From the IMG/VR virus record IMGVR_UViG_3300025087_000094, positions 1 through 51,394 of that record: DNA of 51,394 bases. One strand, 5' to 3'. This stretch comes from a virus (taxonomy: Duplodnaviria > Caudoviricetes). This document shows positions 24,914-34,996 of this stretch, in pieces; the first letter of the stretch is position 1; each line of letters begins with the position of its first letter. A model generated the notes under the pieces. That model did not search any database. It had not been told where the DNA came from and saw only the letters and a list, made by a program, of their open reading frames with translations. Position numbers and translations under genes: made by a program.

Positions 24914-26207
24914 CCAGCGCGCTGAAGTCCTGTCCAAACTACCAGATTCCGTTGCAGCGTCAATAGCGTACGACTGGGGAATCTGGGCGCTAGACAAGCA
25001 AGTAGAACCGTCCGGTAGTTGGCTAATCTGGCTGGTCCTAGCCGGGCGCGGATTCGGTAAGACACGTATCGGAGCCGAGTGGATTCGTAGGCGAGTTGAT
25101 TCAGGCGAGGCACGTAGAATCATCCTAGCTGGCGCTACAGCTGATGACCTTCGGGACATCATGATTGAAGGCGAGTCGGGGATTCTAGCCAAGTCGCCCC
25201 CTTGGAATAGACCGCGCTACATAGCGAACAAGAATCGGCTAGAGTGGGCTAACGGGGCCGTCGCGCTGTGCATTACTGGCGAGGAGCCGGATAGGTTCCG
25301 AGGCAAGCAGTGCGACACGTTTTGGGCCGACGAATTGGCAGCGTGGCGCTACGTGGAAGACTCGTGGCCCATGCTTCAGATGGGCTTCCGCCTGGGTACT
25401 AAGCCGCAGGGTCTAGTAACCACAACGCCACGGCCAATCAAGATAGTCAAGGAACTTCTTGCGCGGGAAGACGTAGCTGTCACTCGCGGTAGCACGTACG
25501 ATAACCGTTCCAATCTAGCCAAGGCGTTCTTCGAACAAGTCGTTAGGCAGTACGAAGGCACGCGACTGGGGCGGCAGGAACTATACGCCGAAGTCCTAGA
25601 CGACAATCCTGGTTCGTTGTGGAATCGCACACAACTGGATGACTTGCGTGTCAAGGCATGTCCAGAACTGGCGCGGATTGTTGTCGCCATCGACCCGGCC
25701 GTTAGCGCGAACGAACACAGCGACGAGACTGGAATCGTCGTGGCTGGCATCGGGCGCGACGGAATCGGATACGTGCTAGAGGACCTGTCTGGAATCTACA
25801 CCCCCAACGAATGGGGCAATAAGGCAGTCGGCGCGTATCACAGGTGGCGAGCGGATAGGATTGTGGCAGAGGTCAACAATGGTGGCGACCTAGTGCAAGC
25901 CAATATTCGAACCGCTGACTCGAATGTTAGCTACCGAGAAGTACGTGCGACTCGTGGCAAGGCGTTGCGAGCGGAGCCCATATCTGCGTTGTATGAGCAG
26001 AGCAGGATAAGGCACGTTGGTATGCATGCGAAACTTGAAGACCAGATGTGTGACTGGAATCCAGCAGCATCCAAGCGTTCGCCGGATAGGGTCGACGCTC
26101 TAGTGTGGGCACTGACAGACCTAATGCTAGGCCCTGTTCAGTCTGGAGTAAAGGCACCCATCATTCCAGCTCGGCAATCTGTACTGAACGATAACGAGGG
26201 CTGGTAA
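24852..26207 (+). CDS. terL: terminase large subunit
   Basis: Walker A AGRGFGKT, WADELAAW, TTTP, nuclease IDPA...DETGI...DRVDA; exact start uncertain. Confidence 0.95.
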   Translation: MTLAQFSPRLLRESLASLTNDQRAEVLSKLPDSVAASIAYDWGIWALDKQVEPSGSWLIWLVLAGRGFGKTRIGAEWIRRRVDSGEARRIILAGATADDLRDIMIEGESGILAKSPPWNRPRYIANKNRLEWANGAVALCITGEEPDRFRGKQCDTFWADELAAWRYVEDSWPMLQMGFRLGTKPQGLVTTTPRPIKIVKELLAREDVAVTRGSTYDNRSNLAKAFFEQVVRQYEGTRLGRQELYAEVLDDNPGSLWNRTQLDDLRVKACPELARIVVAIDPAVSANEHSDETGIVVAGIGRDGIGYVLEDLSGIYTPNEWGNKAVGAYHRWRADRIVAEVNNGGDLVQANIRTADSNVSYREVRATRGKALRAEPISALYEQSRIRHVGMHAKLEDQMCDWNPAASKRSPDRVDALVWALTDLMLGPVQSGVKAPIIPARQSVLNDNEGW

Positions 26208-26243
26208 CGCACACCAGCGTGGCCCTTACAGGTAAGGAACACG

Positions 26244-27791
26244 ATGGCAGCGACCGCAACTTCGAATAGCGCGCAAGTCCAATTCTACGGAGTTGGCGCT
26301 ATGGCTGGCAGAATCAAGCCCGGCCCGGGCGTTCTCACGGGTCCGCAGCTTGCGTATCCTACCGTCCTAGAGCACTACCCATCACACTGGGGAGCCGCGC
26401 TTACGGTCGCGGCGGTCACGAGCATACTACGATACTCTGAGCTTGGGTATCGTAGAATTCTCGTGGACATGCTTGACGAATTGCTTGAAGGCGACCTTCA
26501 CGCGCATGGCGTGCTCCGGAAGGTGTATGGCGGAATCGCGAATCGCGCGTGGACGATTGAGCCTGCAAAAGTCGACGACGATAACGAGCGAGACGCAGAG
26601 ACGGCAGAGTTTATCGCGGAGGACGTACACAACGCGATTGCCTCTATCCCGTCGTGGTCGACGCACGTTAGTGCGATGCTCTGGGCGCACTACTACGGCA
26701 CGACCGGCCGTGAGATTATGTGGCGTCGGGATAAGAACGGTTGGAGTATCGACCGGCTAGAGCGCGTGCACTCGCGGCGCATTAGTTACGACTGGGACTT
26801 CAAGCCGTTTATCCACGAAGCGGACTATGCCACTACGGGTCTGTACACGTCCGACTTCCCGGGCAAATTTGTTATCTTCGAACCGCAAGTCGTCGAGAAC
26901 TATCCGACGCGGCAGGGAATCGGTCGCTCGCTTGCGTATTGGATGGCGTTCAAGCGCTTTACCGTGCGCGAGTGGCTGAATGTCTCAGAGCGATTTGGTA
27001 AGCCGTTCCCGATAATCAAGTTCTCGACACGCAACGACGGACAGCCTAGACTTGCGACGGACGATGATATCAATGTTGGTAAGGACCTCGTAGTCAAGAT
27101 TGGCAAGGGCTCAGCTCCGGGCGCGATTGTCCCCGATGCACTTGACCTGCAAGTGGTCAAGGATATGGCGCATGGTGAGGGCGGCAAGTCGATTCAGTCC
27201 GCGTTCATCGACTTGTGCAACAGCGAAGAGTCGAAGGCGATTCTGGCGAACACGCTTACCACGCAGGTGGGCAGCACGGGCGGTAACCGCGCGCTTGGCG
27301 AGGTTATGGAGCGCGGTGAGGCACAACTCACGCGCGACCTTGCTAGCCAGTTCGACGACTGCGTTACGACGCAGATTATCCGTTGGTATGTCACGCTGAA
27401 CTATGGCGAGGATAAGGCTCGTCGGTTCTGCCCGAAGTACGTAACGGACGTCAATGACCCGCGTGACCTTGAGCCCGATGCCAAGGTGCTAAAGATTCTG
27501 GTAGACCTAGGGCTGAAGGTCCCCGTCTCGGAAGTGCATGAGCGTTTCGGCTGGCGTGAGGCGATTGGCGACGAACCGGTTCTAGGCGCGTCCGATATGC
27601 CAGCCCCCCCCGAGACCGAGACAGAGCCAGAACCCGAGCCGGAAGGCACGGGTAAGACAGGCGAGCAAGACGGAATCCGGCCCGAGAAACAGACCGAGGC
27701 GGATAGGCGCAAGGGCAGTTCGGAAACACCACCTGGCGCAAAGCAGAAGCAAACACCAGCTCCTCCGAGCGAGGCAGCGACTAAGCAGTAA
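26244..27791 (+). CDS. portal protein (Mu gp29/DUF935-like)
   Basis: Position after TerL; WLNVSERFGKP, SKAILANTLTT, GNRALGEV. Confidence 0.9.
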   Translation: MAATATSNSAQVQFYGVGAMAGRIKPGPGVLTGPQLAYPTVLEHYPSHWGAALTVAAVTSILRYSELGYRRILVDMLDELLEGDLHAHGVLRKVYGGIANRAWTIEPAKVDDDNERDAETAEFIAEDVHNAIASIPSWSTHVSAMLWAHYYGTTGREIMWRRDKNGWSIDRLERVHSRRISYDWDFKPFIHEADYATTGLYTSDFPGKFVIFEPQVVENYPTRQGIGRSLAYWMAFKRFTVREWLNVSERFGKPFPIIKFSTRNDGQPRLATDDDINVGKDLVVKIGKGSAPGAIVPDALDLQVVKDMAHGEGGKSIQSAFIDLCNSEESKAILANTLTTQVGSTGGNRALGEVMERGEAQLTRDLASQFDDCVTTQIIRWYVTLNYGEDKARRFCPKYVTDVNDPRDLEPDAKVLKILVDLGLKVPVSEVHERFGWREAIGDEPVLGASDMPAPPETETEPEPEPEGTGKTGEQDGIRPEKQTEADRRKGSSETPPGAKQKQTPAPPSEAATKQ

Positions 27792-27836
27792 ACGAGGCGT
27801 GCGGGCCAATCCGCAACGCGCGAAGGAGATTAGAAC

Positions 27837-28259
27837 ATGGCCGCACGTACTACCGCGTATCCTACCGCTTTCGATTCGTTCCCTGGTGTCCCCGACGTTG
27901 GGAACCATGACCCCATCAACGCCGTTGCCCAGGCCACTGTCGCACTCGAGAAGGTGGTTGGACTGGTACCCGCCACTGCTAGCACCGCGCTGACTCTTGC
28001 CACTGCTACCACGGTGTACCCGTCTGGCGGTTCGGTGCGCACGATTAGCTCGGTGAATATCGCCGCTGGTGTGACCATTACCGTGACTGCCGCGGGTGCG
28101 ACTCCTGGACAGTATCTTACGATTGCCAAGACCGCGACCGGCGCGACTGGCACCGTGACGATTGACGGGCACGCCTTCACCACGCACAAGAAGTTCAACG
28201 CGCAGCTTCGGTTCATCAATACCGCGTGGAAGATGATCGGCTACTACGAGTACGCTTGA
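27837..28259 (+). CDS. Thr/Ala-rich putative virion protein
   Basis: AAGGAG RBS; inside the head module. Confidence 0.65.
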   Translation: MAARTTAYPTAFDSFPGVPDVGNHDPINAVAQATVALEKVVGLVPATASTALTLATATTVYPSGGSVRTISSVNIAAGVTITVTAAGATPGQYLTIAKTATGATGTVTIDGHAFTTHKKFNAQLRFINTAWKMIGYYEYA

Positions 28260-28272
28260 TTCAAAACACGGA

Positions 28273-28292
28273 GTGCAGTCCGATACCTGCAA
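28273..28292. promoter_or_regulatory. TGCAG-N8-CTGCA motif, copy 2
   Basis: GTGCAGTCCGATACCTGCAA, 20 nt before the 28313 ATG. Confidence 0.7.
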
Positions 28293-28312
28293 TATAGACA
28301 GCGGATATCCGA

Positions 28313-30235
28313 ATGACCCTAAACACGCGCCTCGCTAAGCTAGGCGAGAAGCACGCGCGTGAACTCGACGACGTAATCGAGCACTACGACGCTGAGATAA
28401 CCAAGGCGTATGAACGAGCCGCGTCGCATTCGGGCGAGGCTCGGTTCACGCACCTTCGCGATTCGCTCACGGCCACGGTCCAAGCGGCGCGCACGGTCGC
28501 GAACGAACTCGGTTCGCAGCACCTCATGGCAGAGATTCGCGAAGTGCTTGGTACGCACACGCACCTTCTCGCGATTGACCTTGGCGCGCATCCTCGCAAG
28601 TCGGATATCACGCAGTACGTAACGGACGCGGTTGAACTAGCCAAGTCGAAAGCAGATTCGGAAGGCATCGAGTCGACCGCGTATCGGGGACAGACGATAG
28701 TCGAATCCGAAGCGGTTCTGTCGTACGACTCGGCTCGTAAGGATGGCGAACGTACGCTGTCCAAGATGTCCGACGAGCGTGCTAGGCGTCTTGGATTCCA
28801 GGCGGCACGCTCGGTACCCAGGGGAGTCAAGCGCGACGCTGTGGGGCTATCCACACGCGACGACGGCGGCTTTATCCCGGTTCTCGGGAAGGTTTGGAGC
28901 GCGATAAACGACAAGCGCACGTGTCAGATATGCGCGGATAAGGACGGCGAGCTTGGACTGCTCGCTCTTGATTTCGGTGGCGACTCTCCTCCGGTGCATG
29001 CGCGCTGTCGATGCGTCACGCACTTGTGGGCTGTTGCCTGGGTGAAAGGCGAGCGGGACATGCCGATTCCTACGAGAGATAAACCATACAGCTACGACGT
29101 CTCGCTGGACGTGCGCGAGGCCGAAGTAGACTCGTACCAGCGATGCATCCGTGGGTGTGTGGCTAGCGACGAGTCTCTTGACTCGCATGGCACTGTGTTG
29201 CTCGCGTCCGGTTGGGACCTGTCGCGGTATGCGAAAAACCCGGTACTGAAGTGGGGACACCACTGTTTCGGGAACCCCGCGCAGCCTGAAGACATCATGG
29301 GTACCGCGCCAAGTCGTGTTGACGGCTCGCGTCTTGTGACTGACCTTCAGTTCTCGCCCAAGGGACTGAACCCGAAAGCTGACATGGTATTCGACCAAGT
29401 GTCGTCGGGAATCGTCAGGGGGCTTAGCGTCGAGTTCAAGCCTCTCGAGTACCATATCGAAAAGGACGAGAAGGGCGACGAGACGGTAATCGTAGACCGC
29501 GCGATGCTGGCGGCTATCAGCATCGTGCCGGTACCGTCGAATCCGAACGCGCTTACTCGGGCTATGCTTGAGGGCGAAGGGGAACAGGACGACGTGCGTA
29601 AAACACCAAGTAAGGCTCTAGTTGTTGAGCCAGAGGATACCCGCGCAACGCATGATGCGGGCGCAAACGAAGGCGCGGCACGGCCGGCCAAGGAGAAAAC
29701 CATGTCTGACCAGGATACCACCGTTGGTCTGCCCGCCTCGATTGCTGCATTGCTCGGGGTAGACAATGAGGAGGCCGCTCGCGGAGCGATTAGCACCCTC
29801 ATGCTCAAGATTGACAACGCTGAGAAGCGTGCAATCGAATCCGAGACTCGCGCGGTCAAGGCCGAAAGCGACCTGAAGGCGCGCGTTGACGCGGAAGTGA
29901 CCGCGGAAGTCGATGGGCTTATCAAGTCCAAACGCATCGATGAGAGCAAGCGCGAGGCCGCGCTGACGCTGGCGCGCGTGAACATCGGAGCGTTTCGCGA
30001 GATGTATCCCGCGCAGGCTCCCGCCGCTGCCGAAGGCCCGAAGACGGAAGTGCTGGAGCGGCATATCTCCAAGTCTCCCAACCCGCGTGTGACGGAGAAG
30101 CCCAGTCGTCCTATCGCTGAGATGCAGCGCGAGATGCAGGACAAGATTGCTGAGTTGAAGAAGGCCGGACTCAACCACGAAGAGGCGCATATCCGCGCTC
30201 TTGAGTATTTCATGACTCGCCCCGAGGCGAAGTAA
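28313..30235 (+). CDS. fused head-morphogenesis (MuF/gp7-like) + HK97-type prohead protease + scaffold
   Basis: DKRTCQIC...PPVHARCRC; ASDESLDSHG...NPVLKWGH...GLSVEF...ISIVPVPSNPNA; helical C-terminus. Confidence 0.85.
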   Translation: MTLNTRLAKLGEKHARELDDVIEHYDAEITKAYERAASHSGEARFTHLRDSLTATVQAARTVANELGSQHLMAEIREVLGTHTHLLAIDLGAHPRKSDITQYVTDAVELAKSKADSEGIESTAYRGQTIVESEAVLSYDSARKDGERTLSKMSDERARRLGFQAARSVPRGVKRDAVGLSTRDDGGFIPVLGKVWSAINDKRTCQICADKDGELGLLALDFGGDSPPVHARCRCVTHLWAVAWVKGERDMPIPTRDKPYSYDVSLDVREAEVDSYQRCIRGCVASDESLDSHGTVLLASGWDLSRYAKNPVLKWGHHCFGNPAQPEDIMGTAPSRVDGSRLVTDLQFSPKGLNPKADMVFDQVSSGIVRGLSVEFKPLEYHIEKDEKGDETVIVDRAMLAAISIVPVPSNPNALTRAMLEGEGEQDDVRKTPSKALVVEPEDTRATHDAGANEGAARPAKEKTMSDQDTTVGLPASIAALLGVDNEEAARGAISTLMLKIDNAEKRAIESETRAVKAESDLKARVDAEVTAEVDGLIKSKRIDESKREAALTLARVNIGAFREMYPAQAPAAAEGPKTEVLERHISKSPNPRVTEKPSRPIAEMQREMQDKIAELKKAGLNHEEAHIRALEYFMTRPEAK

Positions 30236-30246
30236 GGAGCAACCAG

Positions 30247-30705
30247 ATGAGCACGAACGTTGCTGTTGACTCCGCTGAGAGGCGGAGCACTGTTACCTGC
30301 TACAACGTCGGGACCAACGGAGCCATCAAGAATGGCGACTCTGTCCAGTTCCGAGTTACTGGCGGAACCAATCCGCTTATCATCGCCGCGAATCTCGCTG
30401 GCGCAACGGCTGGCACTGTCACCTATGCGGGTGGCGTCGCCCTCGCCTCTGCTGCCACTGGCGGCACGTTTGCGTGCGTGGTTCTGGGCGCTGCGCGCGT
30501 GACTGCGAATGCCACGTTTGCTCACCTGCGTACCCCGCTGGGTCTGACTGTTGGCACTGCCGGTATTCGCGGCAGAGTCACGGCGATTACTCCCGCGGCT
30601 ACGGCCGGGACTATCGCCTACACGCACTTGGGGTACAACCTCACGTGCACGACTGCCGCTGGGCAGGAAATGCTCATCATGGTCAATCCGTCTCCGCTTC
30701 GGTAA
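30247..30705 (+). CDS. head decoration / capsid cement-like protein
   Basis: Small Gly/Ala/Thr-rich protein between scaffold and capsid genes. Confidence 0.65.
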   Translation: MSTNVAVDSAERRSTVTCYNVGTNGAIKNGDSVQFRVTGGTNPLIIAANLAGATAGTVTYAGGVALASAATGGTFACVVLGAARVTANATFAHLRTPLGLTVGTAGIRGRVTAITPAATAGTIAYTHLGYNLTCTTAAGQEMLIMVNPSPLR

Positions 30706-30732
30706 CCGGAAGACCACAGAAAGGATACTGCA

Positions 30733-31881
30733 ATGGATTCCGATTTGGTCAAGGTTCAGGATGTCGGCGGCGGTGGCGCGTACACTATCGATGAGTACAA
30801 CCACACAGTCCGCTATCACAACGGCAAGGTCGTGGACTTCCGCGAGGTGGACTGGTCTCTGATTCAGGACCAGCTTGACCCGTGGGCGAAGCGAGATATC
30901 ACTGTCAGCAACGTGCACGTGAATACCGCGCTGGCGAACTTCCTTGTCGGCTACGGCTCGCAGATGCAGGACGCGATTGCGGACATCGTGTGCCCGCCGT
31001 TCCTGGTTGACAAGGCCAGCAACACATTCTTCACCGTCAGTGCGAACGATAAGTTCCGCGATGTCGACTCGACGCTTGCGAGCGAGAGCGACCCGGTGAA
31101 GGAAGTCGGCCCGAACATGTCGACTGACACGTACAACACCGTTGCATACGGTCTTGGTACGTTCATTCCGCAGGGCGTTGTCGCGAACGCCGACGCGGTT
31201 GTCATGCCCATGGTTCGCGCTCTGTCGCGTGTCATGAACGCCATGACGATTGCTCGCGAGAAGCGTGTCTATTCGGCGCTCACGAACTCGACCACGTTTA
31301 CTGGGTACACCACCACGCTTACGTCGTCGAACTTCTGGGATACCTACGCTGGTACCCCGACCGCTTCGGACCCGGTTGCGAACATCTACACCGCAATGGA
31401 GTCTGCCCTCAAGCCTATCACGCATATCGCCATGAGCGAGAAGACGTGGCACAGGTTCGTTGGCAACCCGAACGTTGCGAAGTACTCCATCTACGGTTCG
31501 ACCGACGCGCAGGCGTTGGCGCGCGACCCGCAGGAACTGGCGCGACGGCTCGGTTTGGACGGCGTTCAGTTCGTCATCTCCAAGATGCGTACTGAGGCAA
31601 CCACGGCGGGCGTTACCACGAAGTCCTATCTATGGGCTGACTACTGCACCTTGCTGTCGATTCCGCCCGGTGCTGACACGAACGGTGAGCAAGTTCCGAC
31701 CGCACGCACCTTCCGGTGGGACAAGAACGGAGCCGCGCGTCAGTTCGGCGGATTCCGTATCCGCGAGTGGGAAGACCCGAGCCGCGGTCAGGACGGTGGG
31801 CGCAAGCTCGCCGTGCTGTGCAATGACCACGAAAAGGTGGTTGCCGCTCCGACCGGTCACGTCATCATCAACTGCTGGTGA
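30733..31881 (+). CDS. major capsid protein
   Basis: 382 aa; synteny; LANFLVGY...IADIVCP...REKRV...DPVANI typical of HK97-fold capsid proteins. Confidence 0.85.
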   Translation: MDSDLVKVQDVGGGGAYTIDEYNHTVRYHNGKVVDFREVDWSLIQDQLDPWAKRDITVSNVHVNTALANFLVGYGSQMQDAIADIVCPPFLVDKASNTFFTVSANDKFRDVDSTLASESDPVKEVGPNMSTDTYNTVAYGLGTFIPQGVVANADAVVMPMVRALSRVMNAMTIAREKRVYSALTNSTTFTGYTTTLTSSNFWDTYAGTPTASDPVANIYTAMESALKPITHIAMSEKTWHRFVGNPNVAKYSIYGSTDAQALARDPQELARRLGLDGVQFVISKMRTEATTAGVTTKSYLWADYCTLLSIPPGADTNGEQVPTARTFRWDKNGAARQFGGFRIREWEDPSRGQDGGRKLAVLCNDHEKVVAAPTGHVIINCW

Positions 31882-31980
31882 TACTAGCACGGATAGACTC
31901 GCTAGCCCGTAGCATATATGGCTGCTTTCGTAGCCTATAGTGCCACGGGCTAGCGTTTCTTCCGCATCTAGACCAACGGC

Positions 31981-32000
31981 GTGCAGGCCGATATCTGCAA
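31981..32000. promoter_or_regulatory. TGCAG-N8-CTGCA motif, copy 3
   Basis: GTGCAGGCCGATATCTGCAA, intergenic after the capsid gene. Confidence 0.7.
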
Positions 32001-32106
32001 CCGTATCTCACGCATGGGAGGGAGAGGCACAATGGCACGACACTCATACGGCAGGCCCGCATATTCTGCGAGTATCGAAACTGCCGATACACAGGAGGGA
32101 AGCGAC

Positions 32107-32418
32107 ATGGGTCAGGATACCACCAAGATTCCGAACACGATTCCTGAGCAGGCAGAGGCGCCTAAGCCCGCGCCCGCTCCTAGTCACCTTCGCTACGTTG
32201 CTGTCCGCGGCTGCAACTACGTTACCAACGTGGGGCAGAACAAGCACGCGGAACGTGGCGAGGAGATGAAGGATATTAAGCCCAGTGACGCAAAGGAACT
32301 GTGCGAACTTCATGCAGCGCTTGCTTGTGAACCTCGAGTGATTGAGGCGCTTCACACGCTTAGCAGCCTCCCTCCCGAGGACGTGGCTATCGTCAAGTCC
32401 GCGATGGGTCTGCTCTAA
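32107..32418 (+). CDS. hypothetical head-module protein
   Basis: AGGAGG RBS before ATG 32107. Confidence 0.6.
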   Translation: MGQDTTKIPNTIPEQAEAPKPAPAPSHLRYVAVRGCNYVTNVGQNKHAERGEEMKDIKPSDAKELCELHAALACEPRVIEALHTLSSLPPEDVAIVKSAMGLL

Positions 32419-32472
32419 TCCGAATAACGTGCAGTCGGGTGTGGTCCACGCTCTGTCGTGGAAGGGGTCACG

Positions 32473-32952
32473 ATGGGTAGCATCATCTCACAGGCTGGCG
32501 GGTCGGGTGCAACGGGCGACCTAACACTCGCCTTGGGCAATACCCAGCTCGCCATTCTGTGCGGTGAGGCTACGGGCGGAACCATCTCTTCGTCAGTCGT
32601 TACGTGGGTGATTCAGAACGCAGAAGCGGAAGCGTGGTCCTTGCTAGGACCGGGATTCACTGTCCCGTTCGCCACTGCCGCTACCGAGCGAATCGTCAAG
32701 GGCGCGACGACGGATATCGCGGTGCAATGGCTGTATAAGCGCAAGCCAGACTTTCGCACTCAGACCGGCGACACTCCAGTCCAGAAGCAATACGATGCGG
32801 CAGTCAAGGTGCTACAGGACATTCGCTCGGGCGAGCGTTCGATGGACGACGACTCGCAAAGCGCGCTATCCGGTGGAGTGGTGTACTCGACCATAACGAA
32901 CTTCATCACAGACGATAACGAGGGCTCGAGTTCGCCTAGTGGCGGGTTCTAA
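32473..32952 (+). CDS. head-tail adaptor (Mu gp36/DUF1320-like)
   Basis: AEAEAWSLL...VPF...DIAVQWLY...YDAAVKVLQDIRSG. Confidence 0.8.
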   Translation: MGSIISQAGGSGATGDLTLALGNTQLAILCGEATGGTISSSVVTWVIQNAEAEAWSLLGPGFTVPFATAATERIVKGATTDIAVQWLYKRKPDFRTQTGDTPVQKQYDAAVKVLQDIRSGERSMDDDSQSALSGGVVYSTITNFITDDNEGSSSPSGGF

Positions 32953-32975
32953 TGCACCATATTACCACAGTCGGC

Positions 32976-32995
32976 GTGCAGGCCGATATCTGCAA
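32976..32995. promoter_or_regulatory. TGCAG-N8-CTGCA motif, copy 4
   Basis: Identical to copy 3 over 24 nt; 3 nt before ATG 32999. Confidence 0.7.
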
Positions 32996-32998
32996 CTA

Positions 32999-33463
32999 AT
33001 GCTGGTCAGGATAGAGGCTAACAAGTTCCTCGAATCGCTCAAACAGACGAGAGAGAATATTGACTCCTACGGTCTTGTAGCGTGGAATCGCGCGCTAGAG
33101 GATTCGAAGGAAGCCATGCACCAGCACGGCTACCAGAACAAGACCGGGAAACTGACGGCCTCGATGAAGTCGAAGTCCTCATCGAAAAAGCAGTTTGCGT
33201 GGACTGGCACCATCACAATCAGCGCCACGTACGCGCAGTGGGTGGACCAAGGCACCGGTATCTACGGCCCGCTTCACATGCCAATCCGCCCGCGGGTTGC
33301 GCCCTTCCTTCGTTTCTTTTGGGACAAGACCGGGCGCATCGAATACATGCGTAGCGTGCGCGGGATGAAGCCTGCCAAGTTCTCGCAGATGGCAATCGAG
33401 CGGTTCCTAGCCGTGGCGCATTCCTACGTTCAGGCGGCAGTGGATTCGGCTTCTCGAAGCTAA
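32999..33463 (+). CDS. neck/tail-completion protein (HK97 gp10-like)
   Basis: KTGKLTASM...YAQWVDQGTG...VRGMKPAKF. Confidence 0.7.
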   Translation: MLVRIEANKFLESLKQTRENIDSYGLVAWNRALEDSKEAMHQHGYQNKTGKLTASMKSKSSSKKQFAWTGTITISATYAQWVDQGTGIYGPLHMPIRPRVAPFLRFFWDKTGRIEYMRSVRGMKPAKFSQMAIERFLAVAHSYVQAAVDSASRS

Positions 33464-33476
33464 CAGGAGATAACCC

Positions 33477-34250
33477 GTGACCTATCGCTACGATAAGATG
33501 GGCGCGGTGACTGTCCCTGCCACGGGCTCGGTCGCAACGGGTGGCACGCTAATCACGCTGCTAGACCCTACGATTGAATACCTGCTAGCCGCGTTCAAAG
33601 ACGTAATCAACGGCAAACTCGGTAGCGTGTGGGCGGCTGGTGCGTCGCAGATATCGCGCACGGGTTCGCCTGTCGTTGGGACGTACAATCAAGAGCCGCT
33701 TCCGATGCTGGCAAAGCGCACGTGGCAGTGGCCTGCGCTGTTCATGTGGCGTCAGAAAGAGCGTCTGTTCAAGCGCACACAGGTCTATCGCTGTGCGGAG
33801 TCGGAAGGTAAACTACTGTATGTCTTGCCTCCGCTACCGTATGAGACAGCGAAGCGCCTGCACCCGATTCGTGTTGGCGTGCGAACGGCTCTAGACCTGT
33901 TCATCGAGCAGTATGGCGACCCTGGCGTGAACAGCGGCGCTGACCCGATGGCGGCAAAGAACATCGAGTCATTCGAGTTCGTGTCAGACGAATACGCTTG
34001 GCTAGCGGGCGACGCAATCGAGTCGCCGCACGCTATGCTAGAGTTCACGTGGCGCATGCGTGAGCGGCAGTCCTTCGTGGATGCGAACTACTCCCCGCTG
34101 GAGTACGTGATTACCACGGTAGAAGCCGCAGACGAGCGACCGGCTACGAGCGCAACGTCTGGCGTGGACGTGTCTACTATGTACTTCCCTATTCCTGGTA
34201 GCACTGCGGCTAGCGGGTTCACTCCTGGGTTTAGCGCTGGATTCCACTAG
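33477..34250 (+). CDS. putative tail terminator/neck protein
   Basis: AGGAG RBS; synteny only. Confidence 0.55.
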   Translation: MTYRYDKMGAVTVPATGSVATGGTLITLLDPTIEYLLAAFKDVINGKLGSVWAAGASQISRTGSPVVGTYNQEPLPMLAKRTWQWPALFMWRQKERLFKRTQVYRCAESEGKLLYVLPPLPYETAKRLHPIRVGVRTALDLFIEQYGDPGVNSGADPMAAKNIESFEFVSDEYAWLAGDAIESPHAMLEFTWRMRERQSFVDANYSPLEYVITTVEAADERPATSATSGVDVSTMYFPIPGSTAASGFTPGFSAGFH

Positions 34251-34263
34251 GTGCCATAAAGGA

Positions 34264-34283
34264 GTGCAGTCCTATACCTGCAA
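34264..34283. promoter_or_regulatory. TGCAG-N8-CTGCA motif, copy 5
   Basis: GTGCAGTCCTATACCTGCAA, 9 nt before ATG 34293. Confidence 0.7.
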
Positions 34284-34292
34284 CCACTAACC

Positions 34293-34967
34293 ATGACTGA
34301 CACCGCACGCACCGAATCCCAACTCCTGGCGCTATGCCCCGACAATACCAGCGGAGCGATTAGCCCGCAGGACTTGCGCGACCTGATTGCATCCGTGCAG
34401 ATTCACGGTCCGGGAGTGTATCGGGACCAGCTAGGTGACGCTGTTGCATCGTCTAGGGGAGTTGGAGCGATTGTCACTGAGAAGTATAGGAACACCGCGT
34501 TTGAGTTGCCGTTCATGCGAAACAACGCGGATACGTGGATTCAAGCGGAGTACCAGTTCAATCACGACTGGTGCGCGAGTGGTAGCGTGTACCCGCATAT
34601 CCACTATATCCCGTGCGGCACTTCGGGGACGGTGAAGTTTCGCGTTACGACTCAGTGGGCGATTCACGGTCAGGCGTTCGCGTCGGCCGGTTCCGCTACT
34701 GTGTCCACGTATGCTCTAACGCTAACCGCTGGGACGAAGTACATCGACTCCGTGTATGCGTTCAATGCCGCAGCTGTTCCGACTGCCGCCAACGTGTCTA
34801 GCAAGTTGTTCGTCAAGATTGAGCGACTTGGTGCAAGCGATGTGGCGGACACCTATCAGGGCAGCAAAGACCACGGCACCGCACAAGCAAACTTCGGTGT
34901 GACCTACACGGACACGCACTACATCATCTCGCGCGCTGGCACTGAGACGCAGGGCGGGTACGGATAA
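34293..34967 (+). CDS. putative virion protein
   Basis: PDNTSGAISPQDLRD N-terminal motif seen in phage structural proteins; beta-rich C-terminus. Confidence 0.65.
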   Translation: MTDTARTESQLLALCPDNTSGAISPQDLRDLIASVQIHGPGVYRDQLGDAVASSRGVGAIVTEKYRNTAFELPFMRNNADTWIQAEYQFNHDWCASGSVYPHIHYIPCGTSGTVKFRVTTQWAIHGQAFASAGSATVSTYALTLTAGTKYIDSVYAFNAAAVPTAANVSSKLFVKIERLGASDVADTYQGSKDHGTAQANFGVTYTDTHYIISRAGTETQGGYG

Positions 34968-34996
34968 CAGTCAGCGCACCATAGGAAGGGCAAACA

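Noticed and set aside
29347-31452. 701-aa minus-strand ORF and similar long antisense ORFs
   Set aside because: Shadow frames of GC-rich capsid and protease genes with no recognisable motifs
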